Shown: positions 28,598-40,432, counted from the stretch's first letter. The stretch: DNA of 64,000 nt from Pseudomonadota bacterium (GCA_038043385.1 JBBTCA010000001.1:171357-235356); one strand, 5' to 3'. Translations and numbers: made by a program. Notes: generated by a model from the letters alone, not told the origin.

Positions 28598-30487
28598 TTA
28601 AAGCTCGACCTGCGTACCCATCTCCACCACACGGTTGGTCGGGATCTGGAAAAAGTCGGTGGCCGAGACTGCGTTACGCGCCATCGCCACAAACAGCTTT
28701 TCGCGCCAGCGCGACATGCCGTGACGACCGTTCGCGATGATGCGCTCACGGGACACGAAGAAGCTCGTGTCCATCATATCGAAGCTCAAGCCCTGCGTTT
28801 TGCAGAGCGTGAACAGTGCCGGCACATCGGGTTGTTCCTTGAAACCGTAGGCGGCTGTGACCAAGTAGAACTCATGCGCAATACGCTCGATGACCAGGCG
28901 CTCGCTATCATCCACAAAGGGCACATCGCGGGTCATCAGCGTGAGCAGCACATTGCGCTCGTGGATGATCTTGTTGTGCTTCATGTTGTGCAGCAGCGCG
29001 TGCGGCACATAGTGATGCGAGCCGGTCATGAACACCGCCGTGCCTGGCACCGTCTGGCCGGCGCTGGCGCCAATGCTGTTGATGAAGAGCTTGAGCGGCA
29101 TGGTCTCGGAATTCAGGCGATGACTGAGAATGTCCCGCCCTGCCTTCCAGGTTGCCATCACGAAAAATGCCGAACAGCCAATCGCCAGCGGGAACCAGCC
29201 GCCCTGCAGCACTTTCAGCGATGTGGCGCCGAAGAACACCAGATCCACAGCCAGGAATGGTATGGCAACGGCCGCCGCCAGTGCCGGGTGCCAACCCCAC
29301 AGCTTATGTGCGACCACGAGCAGCAGCAGGGCATCGCAGATCATGGTCATGGTCACGGCAATGCCGTAGGCAGAAGCCAGGTTGCTCGACGACTTAAATA
29401 CCAGCACTAGCAGGATGATGGTGCCCAGCAGTGTCCAGTTGAAAAACGGAATATAGATCTGGCCCATCTCGCGATCGGAGGTGTGGTTGATCTGGAAGCG
29501 CGGCAGATAGCCCAGCAGCATGGCCTGACGGGCAATCGAGAAGACCCCGGAGATCACGGCCTGCGATGCAATCACGGTGGCCAGCGTGGACAGCATAATC
29601 AACGGCACCAAGCCCCAGTCCGGCACCAGCCGGTAGAACGGATTCTCGATGGCGGTGGGATCGCTGAGCAGCAGTGCACCTTGGCCGGCGTAATTCAGCA
29701 GCAGTGCCGGAAACACCAGAAAGAACCACGCACGACGGATCGGCTTGCGGCCAAAATGGCCCATGTCGGCATACAGCGCCTCGCCGCCGGTCACGGTCAG
29801 CACCACCGCACCCATGGCAATGAACGCGGCCAGCGGATGCTCACCAATAAAACTGATGGCCCAGACCGGATTCACCAGCATCAGCACTTCCGGCGAGTGA
29901 CGCACATTAGCGATGCCGAGCACGGCCAGCGTGGTGAACCAGACCAGCATCACCGGCCCGAAAAAGGTGCCAATCGACGCCGTGCCGTGGCGCTGAATCA
30001 GGAACAGCGAAATCAGCACAGCGATGGTGATGGGGATAACGAACGCCTCCAGCCCCGGCGACACCACCTTCAAGCCCTCGACGGCCGACAGCACTGAGAT
30101 GGCGGGCGTGATCATGCCATCGCCAAAGAACAGCGCGGCACCGAACAGGCCGATGCCGATCAGCACGGGGCGTAGCCAGGTATGGCGATACTGAGCGCGC
30201 AAGGCCAGCGCCAGCAGGGCCATGATGCCGCCCTCGCCACGGTTGTCGGCACGCATGATAAAGGCGATGTACTTGATGGACACGATGATGGTCATCGACC
30301 AAAAAATCATGGACAGGATACCGAGCACATTGGCCTGTGTGAGCTCCAGGCCGTGGGCTGCGTGAAAGCATTCCTTGAGCGCGTAAAGCGGACTGGTGCC
30401 GATATCGCCGAAGACCACACCGAGCGCGCCTGCAGTGAGGGCCAGCTGGTGCTTGAAGCGGGGTGAGCCGGATGACTCAGCTTGCAT
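28598..30487 (-). CDS. kup: potassium uptake protein Kup
   Basis: LGVVFGDIGTSPLYA, DNRGEGG, GGEALYADMGHFG, GQIYIP, AYGIAVT; start trimmed to 30487 because the longer ORF overlaps the tRNA. Confidence 0.96.
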   Translation of the reverse strand: MQAESSGSPRFKHQLALTAGALGVVFGDIGTSPLYALKECFHAAHGLELTQANVLGILSMIFWSMTIIVSIKYIAFIMRADNRGEGGIMALLALALRAQYRHTWLRPVLIGIGLFGAALFFGDGMITPAISVLSAVEGLKVVSPGLEAFVIPITIAVLISLFLIQRHGTASIGTFFGPVMLVWFTTLAVLGIANVRHSPEVLMLVNPVWAISFIGEHPLAAFIAMGAVVLTVTGGEALYADMGHFGRKPIRRAWFFLVFPALLLNYAGQGALLLSDPTAIENPFYRLVPDWGLVPLIMLSTLATVIASQAVISGVFSIARQAMLLGYLPRFQINHTSDREMGQIYIPFFNWTLLGTIILLVLVFKSSSNLASAYGIAVTMTMICDALLLLVVAHKLWGWHPALAAAVAIPFLAVDLVFFGATSLKVLQGGWFPLAIGCSAFFVMATWKAGRDILSHRLNSETMPLKLFINSIGASAGQTVPGTAVFMTGSHHYVPHALLHNMKHNKIIHERNVLLTLMTRDVPFVDDSERLVIERIAHEFYLVTAAYGFKEQPDVPALFTLCKTQGLSFDMMDTSFFVSRERIIANGRHGMSRWREKLFVAMARNAVSATDFFQIPTNRVVEMGTQVEL

Positions 30488-30596
30488 ACAGATCCTCGAT
30501 GGGCGAGCAGCGAATCTGCCGGCCACCTCGTTTGCGGGCAGTGATTTTAGCACCGCTATTGGCGCGATAGCCAAGCACTTGCCGTGCAAAAAGGCT

Positions 30597-30625
30597 TTGC
30601 CTTGCCGTAGAGCTTCCGCTAGGAT
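30597..30625 (+). promoter_or_regulatory. sigma70 promoter for tRNA-Ser
   Basis: TTGCCT (30597-30602), N17, TAGGAT (30620-30625), then GC-rich discriminator GCGCGCCG. Confidence 0.6.
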
Positions 30626-30659
30626 TGCGCGCCGCTGAAGTGCAAAGCTTCGGCGCGCT

Positions 30660-30750
30660 GGTGAGGTGTCCGAGTGGCTGAAGGAGCACGCCTGGAAAGC
30701 GTGTATACGGTAATCCCGTATCGAGGGTTCGAATCCCTCTCTCACCGCCA
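30660..30750 (+). tRNA. tRNA-Ser(GGA)
   Basis: Acceptor GGTGAGG/TCTCACC, D-arm GTCCGAGTGGCTGAAGGAG, anticodon arm CACGC-CTGGAAA-GCGTG, long variable arm, GGTTCGAATCC, encoded CCA. Confidence 0.97.
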
Positions 30751-30763
30751 AGTTAAATTCACT

Positions 30764-30790
30764 AAAGCCCTGATAATTCAGGGCTTTTTT
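30764..30790 (+). terminator. terminator after tRNA-Ser (inside island)
   Basis: AAAGCCCTGA-TAAT-TCAGGGCTTT plus T-run. Confidence 0.85.
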
Positions 30791-31134
30791 GTTTTCTAAG
30801 CCTCAAAAAATCATTCAGACCCCCCAAAAGAAACTTCAAAAATATTTGCTCATAAAATGAGAAGTCAAAAATAGCTCACCCCTTCGCTGACGGTGGAAGC
30901 TTTCATGGCGCGGGATCGGGGATTTCGACAGGCTCTGAAGTGAGAGGCGTAGTCGCCAAGCGCTTTGCGAGCAGCTGCTTCGGGGTACGATCAAACGAAG
31001 ACAAGGCCATACTTTCCTTATAGAAATAGATTTCTAACATTTTTATGTTGAAACTAGCTTTTAATTCCGAATTAAAGGACTATCCTCCGCTGCAAGAGCG
31101 ACTGCAAACGAGCAGCGATGAGGGAGGAAAAGCC

Positions 31135-32319
31135 ATGCTTCGGTCATTCAGCCTGAAGAATTTTCAGTCATTCCTGGAAGAGGCCAGCATCTCGCTGGAG
31201 CTTAACAAGAATGCACCTGTTGATGATCGATCTGCTGAGTCTCAGACCGGTGATCGCATCACCAAAGTCATGGCGGTGATTGGTGCCAATGCCAGTGGTA
31301 AGACGACGCTGATCAAGTCGCTGGGCTTTCTGGATTGGTTCATCAAGTACTCGTTCCACAACCGTATCGACGCCGATCTGCCGATTGATCCGCATTTTTC
31401 AGCCCGTGACCAAGCCTCCGAATTTGAAGCTGAATTTGAAATGGATGGTCAGGTTTGGCGCTATAGCCTTCAGGCCACTCGCGAGCGCGTCTTGCTGGAG
31501 TCCTTGCATCGCAGGCTGAGCCGTACATTTTCCTATGTGTTCATTCGCACTTGGGATGCTGATGCCAATACCTATACGGTCAAGCAGCAGCAGTTTGGCA
31601 TGCCGCAGCGCGAGGCGGTGAAGACCCGGCCGAATGCGTCGATGATCTCAACCGCTGCGCAGTTTGATGTCGATCTCGCGACCCGTTTGGTTAACCTGCA
31701 GGTGTTCAGCAATGTCACCGGTATGGGCCGTGCCTACATGGACAACAACCAGATTCTGTTGGCCTCTGACTTTTATGCCCAAAACGAGCTTTATCAAACC
31801 CAAATGTCGAACTTGTTGCGACAGTGGGACTTGGGCTTGTCTGCCGTGAGGCTGGTAAAGCAGGAAGTTACCGACAGTAATGGCGAGAAAAAAGAGATTC
31901 ATGTGCCGTATGGCGTGCATGCCATCCATGGCCGAGAACATGAATTGATCCTCATGCAGGAGTCCAGCGGTACGCAAGGCGCATTTACCTTGCTGTCTCG
32001 CATCTTGCCGGCGCTGAGCGCAGGCGGCTTGGCGATCATTGACGAATTGGAGTCAGACCTGCATCCGCACATGCTGACGCCTATTCTGAATCTATTTTTC
32101 TCGCCCAAGACCAATCCGCATAACGCGCAGATCATCTTCACGACGCATGCCATCGAGGTCATGAATCAGCTGCACAAAGCTCAAATCGTGCTGGTCGAAA
32201 AAGATGCTGCTTGCGAGAGTGATGCCTGGCGGCTGGATGACATCAAGGGCGTACGCGTGGAGGACAACCTCTACGCCAAATACATGGCTGGCGCGTACGG
32301 CGCTATTCCTCAGTTCTGA
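31135..32319 (+). CDS. ABC/AAA_21-type ATPase (RloA/AbiLi/AriA-like)
   Basis: MLRSFSLKNFQSF start after GGAGG RBS, Walker A GANASGKTT, signature ESSGT, Walker B AIIDELE, H-loop QIIFTTH, C-terminal YMAGAYGAIP. Confidence 0.88.
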   Translation: MLRSFSLKNFQSFLEEASISLELNKNAPVDDRSAESQTGDRITKVMAVIGANASGKTTLIKSLGFLDWFIKYSFHNRIDADLPIDPHFSARDQASEFEAEFEMDGQVWRYSLQATRERVLLESLHRRLSRTFSYVFIRTWDADANTYTVKQQQFGMPQREAVKTRPNASMISTAAQFDVDLATRLVNLQVFSNVTGMGRAYMDNNQILLASDFYAQNELYQTQMSNLLRQWDLGLSAVRLVKQEVTDSNGEKKEIHVPYGVHAIHGREHELILMQESSGTQGAFTLLSRILPALSAGGLAIIDELESDLHPHMLTPILNLFFSPKTNPHNAQIIFTTHAIEVMNQLHKAQIVLVEKDAACESDAWRLDDIKGVRVEDNLYAKYMAGAYGAIPQF

Positions 32320-32331
32320 GGGGTATGAAGA

Positions 32332-32841
32332 GTGGCTAAACGCATCCGTCATACCCGAAGCACGCTGCTCGTCGTAGGCGAGGGCGATACCGAGGTGGCC
32401 TTTCTGAGGCACCTGCGTGTGATCTTTTGCTCAGACGGCAAAGGGGTCGAGGTCACCATCCGGAATGCTTACGGAAAAGGCCCGGAGAATGTGATCAACA
32501 CCGTGATCGGCCATTGCCGCAGCATTGACTATGACCATCGCATGGCGTTTTTGGATACGGATTTGTTGTGGACGGCCAGCCTGAAAAAACAGGCTCGGGC
32601 GGAGAAGGTTGAGATGATCGGGTCGACACCTTGCATCGAGGGCTTGCTGCTTCAGATTTTGGGCGAGCCCGTGCCCTCGTCATCTTCAGCGTGCAAGAAA
32701 AAGCTTCAGGATTTATTAGGTTCGGACATGACTGATCGTGATCATTATGGCAGTCGGTTTTCCCGTGGAGTTTTGATGGCTGCGCGCCTGAAAATACCTG
32801 AACTCCATGCGCTTCTGAATCGCTTTGACGGCGGCAAGTGA
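32332..32841 (+). CDS. RloB-like TOPRIM-fold protein
   Basis: LLVVGEGDTEVAFL (EGxTE), FLDTD (DxD), STPCIEGLLL; directly after the ATPase. Confidence 0.8.
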   Translation: MAKRIRHTRSTLLVVGEGDTEVAFLRHLRVIFCSDGKGVEVTIRNAYGKGPENVINTVIGHCRSIDYDHRMAFLDTDLLWTASLKKQARAEKVEMIGSTPCIEGLLLQILGEPVPSSSSACKKKLQDLLGSDMTDRDHYGSRFSRGVLMAARLKIPELHALLNRFDGGK

Positions 32842-33069
32842 TGAGCCTCACGCGAGACTGTCAAACAGACCGTAGTTGAGCGCGTTGCGCGTGATCAGTC
32901 GTTTGCGAAAGCGCTGCTGGCCTCGCTCACCGAAAAGCCCAGCAAAAGCCTGCATCGCATGCTGTCCTCGAAGGATAATCCCAGCATGGATAATCTCGCC
33001 GCGATCTTCGGTGCTCTCAAGGATGCCCTGCAGGTCAGATTTGATGTGCGCGTGGTCGAGGCAGCCTGA
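32841..33069 (+). pseudogene. frameshifted HigA-like/addiction-module antidote HTH protein
   Basis: MSLTRD, then a +1 frameshift (TGTC at 32859-32862), then KQTVVERVARDQSFAKALL...KPSKSLHRMLSSKDNPSMDNLAAIFGAL...VEAA*. Confidence 0.7.
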
Positions 33070-33197
33070 GTGGCGCACAGCACATTTGTTTAGATTTTTC
33101 GCTGAAATTCGTCCCTAGCTATAAATTTGGCGACAAATCTAATCATTTTGCAGCTCTGTTATGATTTGTTCGCAGTTTGCGAATATGGAATGGCAAC

Positions 33198-33698
33198 ATG
33201 AATCTCAAGCCACAAGATGTCATGGTCGTGCTCGGCGCTGTCATCAAGCCGCCGGCAAGTGCGATCTATCAGGATCGGGCCTGGCAGCTCGCCATGAGTA
33301 GCTCAGAAGTTCATGCAGCTGATCGCCGGCTGAAAGCAGCTGGCTTGCTGGCCGAAGGGCGGCCAGTACGGGCGGCGCTGGAGGAGTTTCTGGTTCATGG
33401 CCTGCGTTATGTTTTTGTGCCTGAGCTAGGTTCGGTGGTCAGAGGTATGCCGACTGCCCATGCCGGCCCGGGTTTGTCGGCATTGTTCGCCGAAGACGAG
33501 CTGCCCCCGGTCTGGCCAGACCCTGAAGGTCAGATTCGTGGCTTATCGTTCTCGCCGTTATATCGATCAGCGCCAGAAGCTGCGCGTCGTGACATCAGGT
33601 TGTATGAGCTGCTGGCACTGGCGGATGCGTTGCGTGGTGGCCGTGCTCGCGAGCGCAAGCTAGCGGCTGAATTGATGCGCAAACACTTGAGCCGGTGA
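33198..33698 (+). CDS. winged-HTH hypothetical protein, likely antitoxin-like partner of nucleotidyltransferase toxins
   Basis: MNLKPQDV...AMSSSEVHAADRRL...EEFLVHGLRYVF...RGMPTA...PVWP...PLY...LYELLALADALRGGRARER; family association recalled, not searched. Confidence 0.65.
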   Translation: MNLKPQDVMVVLGAVIKPPASAIYQDRAWQLAMSSSEVHAADRRLKAAGLLAEGRPVRAALEEFLVHGLRYVFVPELGSVVRGMPTAHAGPGLSALFAEDELPPVWPDPEGQIRGLSFSPLYRSAPEAARRDIRLYELLALADALRGGRARERKLAAELMRKHLSR

Positions 33699-33750
33699 AA
33701 AGTTTGATGGAAGTTGCTCTATCTCCCTCACCGTTCAGGAGCACTGATCA

Positions 33751-34164
33751 TTGTCACTGAAACCAGCATTACTTGAGCAGCGAGTACAGAGGCTTGTTGC
33801 CGAATATCCTGGCGATGTGTTTTTGCGCGCTGACTTTGAGGGGCTGGGCGGCTACGCTCAAGTTGGCCGTGCATTGCATGCAATGGTCAAAAGCGAGAAA
33901 TTGCTCAGGATTGGCTATGGCGTCTATGCCCGTGCGGTGACAAGTCCCATCAGCGGCAAGCCAATGCCACCAAAGGGCTTGGTTACCCTCATAGAAGCCG
34001 TGGAACGGCTAGGCTTCAAAGTGCTGCCAACGCGTATGGATCAGAACTATAGCAGTGGTAAAACGACTCAAGTACCAACGGGTCGTGCCGTTGCCATCAA
34101 GGGCCGCCTTCGGCGAAAGCTCGGCTATAACGGTGTTTATCTGAGTTTTGAGCGTGCTAAGTGA
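33751..34164 (+). CDS. DUF6088/AbiEi-like type IV antitoxin
   Basis: VFLRADF..LGGYAQVGRAL...LLRIGYGVYARA wHTH and TTQVP motif. Confidence 0.7.
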   Translation: MSLKPALLEQRVQRLVAEYPGDVFLRADFEGLGGYAQVGRALHAMVKSEKLLRIGYGVYARAVTSPISGKPMPPKGLVTLIEAVERLGFKVLPTRMDQNYSSGKTTQVPTGRAVAIKGRLRRKLGYNGVYLSFERAK

Positions 34165-34228
34165 TCGTAGTCTTACCGGAACCATTCGGGCCGGCAACAA
34201 CGATCAGGATTGGTCTATCACCAGTCAC
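34157..34228 (-). pseudogene. truncated zeta-toxin-like P-loop kinase (first 23 codons only)
   Basis: GTG-start MTGDRPILIVVAGPNGSGKTTIT*: Walker A then an immediate stop; overlaps the stop of the upstream 59-aa ORF. Confidence 0.65.
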
Positions 34229-34397
34229 GGGCTAGTTCCTGGCGGCGGACTACCCCTGAATTGATCGCGGCCTTGAGTCGTTCCGAGTGAGTTGCCATCG
34301 CCTGCGTACGACGCTCGATAGCTTCAATCCTAGCGTTGCGCATAACCGCACCTAGTGCGCGCTCGCCCTGACTTTCGGAAGGTGATTTTTTGATCAT
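34218..34397 (-). CDS. 59-aa hypothetical protein, putative partner of zeta-like gene (missed by ORF track)
   Basis: MIKKSPSESQGERALGAVMRNARIEAIERRTQAMATHSERLKAAINSGVVRRQELARDW*; AGGAAAAT before ATG. Confidence 0.55.
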   Translation of the reverse strand: MIKKSPSESQGERALGAVMRNARIEAIERRTQAMATHSERLKAAINSGVVRRQELARDW

Positions 34398-34451
34398 ATT
34401 TTCCTGCCTTAGACAAAAGCTATGTGTGACAGTATAGCTCTCGGATGAGCT

Positions 34452-34574
34452 TTAATCGGGCATTTTCGAGCTTTCCTGCAGTACTTTGGACGCGACCAGT
34501 CCTTCCAAGGCTGAGCTTGCCATCGCATTGCGGGCGGCGCGTTCGCGTCGCTTTCTGAGTTCGAGTTCAGGCAT
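34452..34574 (-). pseudogene. VbhA-like Fic antitoxin remnant (40 aa)
   Basis: MPELELRKRRERAARNAMASSALEGLVASK...: NAxASxxLEG contains the SxxxEG Fic-inhibitory motif. Confidence 0.65.
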
Positions 34575-34746
34575 GGCTGGTTGCTCTGTTGTGCATGCTC
34601 AATGCTTTAGGCTAGCTATCGCGAGGGTCTAATTTTTCTGGTTTGGCATGGGGTGCTAAGTATAGGAATTATGGTGGGTATGATTGCTGAATATGTATAC
34701 AAGTAATTGATTTTAAACATATAGTTGGTCTCTCTCACCGCCGTAT

Positions 34747-34808
34747 GAAAATGAGAGCCGTTATCTCAGTCAAAAAAAGACTTAAAGATGACGGCCTTTT
34801 TCATTTTC
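34747..34808. terminator. hairpin just outside attR, likely native tRNA/katG terminator
   Basis: GAAAATGA..GCCGTTATC / GATGACGGC..TCATTTTC inverted repeat immediately after the att duplicate. Confidence 0.5.
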
Positions 34809-34833
34809 CTGTGCCCTGCGTCAGCCGATCTCT

Positions 34834-38295
<3,462 letters not shown>

Positions 38296-38299
38296 ACGC

Positions 38300-39484
38300 T
38301 TAGCCCTCAATCGCCTTGCGAATACGACCCAGCGCATCTTCCAGTACCTTCGGCGCGGTCGCATACGAGATGCGCATATGGCCGTCGAGACCGAAAGCCG
38401 AGCCCGGCACCACGGCCACGCCGACGGTGTTGAGCAGGTATTCGGAGAACTCCAGGTCGTTCTTCAGGCCGAGCTTGGCGATGGCGCCCTCGACATTGGC
38501 AAACGCATAGAACGCGCCATCAGCCGGCGAGCAAGACACGCCTTCGATGGTGTTTAGCGTGGCCACCACATAGTCATGGCGCTCCTTGAACGCCTTGACC
38601 ATCGGCACCAGCACTTCCTGCGGGCCGTTCAGCGCGGCTTCGGCGGCGACCTGCGAGATCGAGGTCGGGTTCGAGGTTGACTGCGACTGCACATTGGTCA
38701 TGGCGGCGATGAGCTTCTGCGGGCCGGCACAGTAGCCGATGCGCCAGCCGGTCATGGCATAGGCCTTGGACACGCCGTTGAGCACGATGGTGCGGTCGTA
38801 CAGATCCGGCGCCACGGTGACGATGTTTTCGTACTTCTCGGCCGTCCAGATGATGTGCTCGTACATGTCATCGGTGGCGATCATGACCTGCGGGTGCTTG
38901 CGCAGCACCTCGACCAGCGCCAGCAGCTCGGCCTTGCTGTAGACCATGCCGGTCGGGTTCGACGGCGAGTTCAGCACCAGCAGGCGCGTTTTCGGCGTGA
39001 TGGCAGCTTCGAGCTGGGCGGCGGTGATCTTGTAGCCCTGCGACTGCGGGCACTCGACGATGACCGGGGTGCCGTCGGCAATGATCACCATATCCGGGTA
39101 AGACACCCAGAACGGGGCCGGGATGATGACTTCATCGCCCTTATTGAGCAGCGCCAGCGACAGGTTGAAGAAGCTCTGCTTGCCGCCGCAAGACACGAGA
39201 ATCTGGTTGGCCGCGTAGTCCAGGCCCTGATCGCGCTTGAACTTGGCGATGATGGCCTGCTTCAGGCTAGGCGTGCCGTCGACGGCGGTGTACTTGGTGA
39301 AGCCCTTGCCGATGGCGGCAACGGCAGCAGCCTTCACATGCTCCGGGGTATCGAAGTCCGGTTCCCCGGCACCTAGGCCGATGATGTCCTTGCCGGCAGC
39401 TTTCAGCTCGGCGGCCTTCTTGGTCACGGCCAGAGTCGGCGAGGGCTTGATGCTGAGAACGCGTTGCGAGAGCTGAATATCCAC
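38300..39484 (-). CDS. class I/II PLP aminotransferase (aspartate aminotransferase-like)
   Basis: GEPDFDTP, NSPSNPTG, DDMYE, NGVSKAYAMTGWRIGY, VVPGSAFG. Confidence 0.93.
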   Translation of the reverse strand: MDIQLSQRVLSIKPSPTLAVTKKAAELKAAGKDIIGLGAGEPDFDTPEHVKAAAVAAIGKGFTKYTAVDGTPSLKQAIIAKFKRDQGLDYAANQILVSCGGKQSFFNLSLALLNKGDEVIIPAPFWVSYPDMVIIADGTPVIVECPQSQGYKITAAQLEAAITPKTRLLVLNSPSNPTGMVYSKAELLALVEVLRKHPQVMIATDDMYEHIIWTAEKYENIVTVAPDLYDRTIVLNGVSKAYAMTGWRIGYCAGPQKLIAAMTNVQSQSTSNPTSISQVAAEAALNGPQEVLVPMVKAFKERHDYVVATLNTIEGVSCSPADGAFYAFANVEGAIAKLGLKNDLEFSEYLLNTVGVAVVPGSAFGLDGHMRISYATAPKVLEDALGRIRKAIEG

Positions 39485-39559
39485 GGATGACTCCTCGTGC
39501 GCCGGGCACGGTCAGGCTGGGGGCAAAAACCGCCGAATCATACCGGAACACGGCGCTGA

Positions 39560-40432
39560 CTAAAACCGCTGGTGGCCAAGAATCGGTGTCAACAATGGTA
39601 TGGCTCCGGCAGCCTTGATTTCGGCGATGAAGCCGGGCAAGTCCACGCCCGGCAGCAGATCGGGCTCGGCCTCAATGGGCGTGATCATGGTGTCCCAGTG
39701 GCAGGGGATGATCCAGCGCGGTTTCAGGTGCTTGACCACATCGCGCACATAGTTCGGCCGCGACTGCCGGCCGATGGCACACAGGCAGACGATGTCGCAG
39801 GCATGGCCTTGCAGCTCTTCGTCAATAAAGTCAGCGGAATCAATGTGCATGACCTTGAGCTTGCCGGTATCGACCAGCCAGTTCAGCACCAGGCCGTGGC
39901 GGAGCTGGTACATGCGCGCCGGCCACGGTGGTGGCGAGGTGAGGTCGCCGGGGAAGGGGATGCGCCCGAAAATCTTGCCGTGTCGCGACGGAAAGCCGCG
40001 CACCGTCCATGTCCCGGAGGCGATGTCTTCGCGGCCGTCGGTGCTGACGAGCTGCTCCGGCGGCAGGCCGGCGGCGATGCCGACCTGCATCGTCGATGAC
40101 GAACCGATGAGGCGGGCGCCGGTCTGCTTGCAGAGATCGGGGCCGTCGAGAATGTGGTCGTGATGGGCGTGGCCGATGAGCACATCGTTGGCGTTGGGGA
40201 TCAGGCGCTGGATCAGCGCTGCATCCGGCACCAGCGGCTGCGTCAGCGAGGTGGTCAGGTCGGGGCGGGTCACATAGGGGTCGAGCACCACATGGTGGCC
40301 GTCCTGACTGATGACGAAGCCGGCGGTGCCGAGGTATTGAATGCAGAGATCGCCTTCGCGGGCGGCGGCGCTCGGCACATAGGTGCTTGCATCGGGGCTT
40401 TTCACGCCCAGCCAGTGTGTCCATCGCTTCAT
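39560..40432 (-). CDS. MBL-fold metallo-hydrolase
   Basis: YLGTAG, LDPYVTRP, GHAHHDHILD, IPCHWD. Confidence 0.85.
   Translation of the reverse strand: MKRWTHWLGVKSPDASTYVPSAAAREGDLCIQYLGTAGFVISQDGHHVVLDPYVTRPDLTTSLTQPLVPDAALIQRLIPNANDVLIGHAHHDHILDGPDLCKQTGARLIGSSSTMQVGIAAGLPPEQLVSTDGREDIASGTWTVRGFPSRHGKIFGRIPFPGDLTSPPPWPARMYQLRHGLVLNWLVDTGKLKVMHIDSADFIDEELQGHACDIVCLCAIGRQSRPNYVRDVVKHLKPRWIIPCHWDTMITPIEAEPDLLPGVDLPGFIAEIKAAGAIPLLTPILGHQRF

Larger units (their letters stand above)
30737..34742. mobile_element. decayed genomic islet integrated at tRNA-Ser 3' end (no integrase)
   Basis: Identical 13-bp CTCTCTCACCGCC at 30737-30749 (tRNA 3' end) and 34730-34742; visibly lower GC; defence/TA-type content. 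Confidence 0.8.

Noticed and set aside
30488-30751. N-terminal extension of the kup ORF
   Set aside because: Overlaps tRNA-Ser and its promoter; Kup homology begins at MQAESS (30487).
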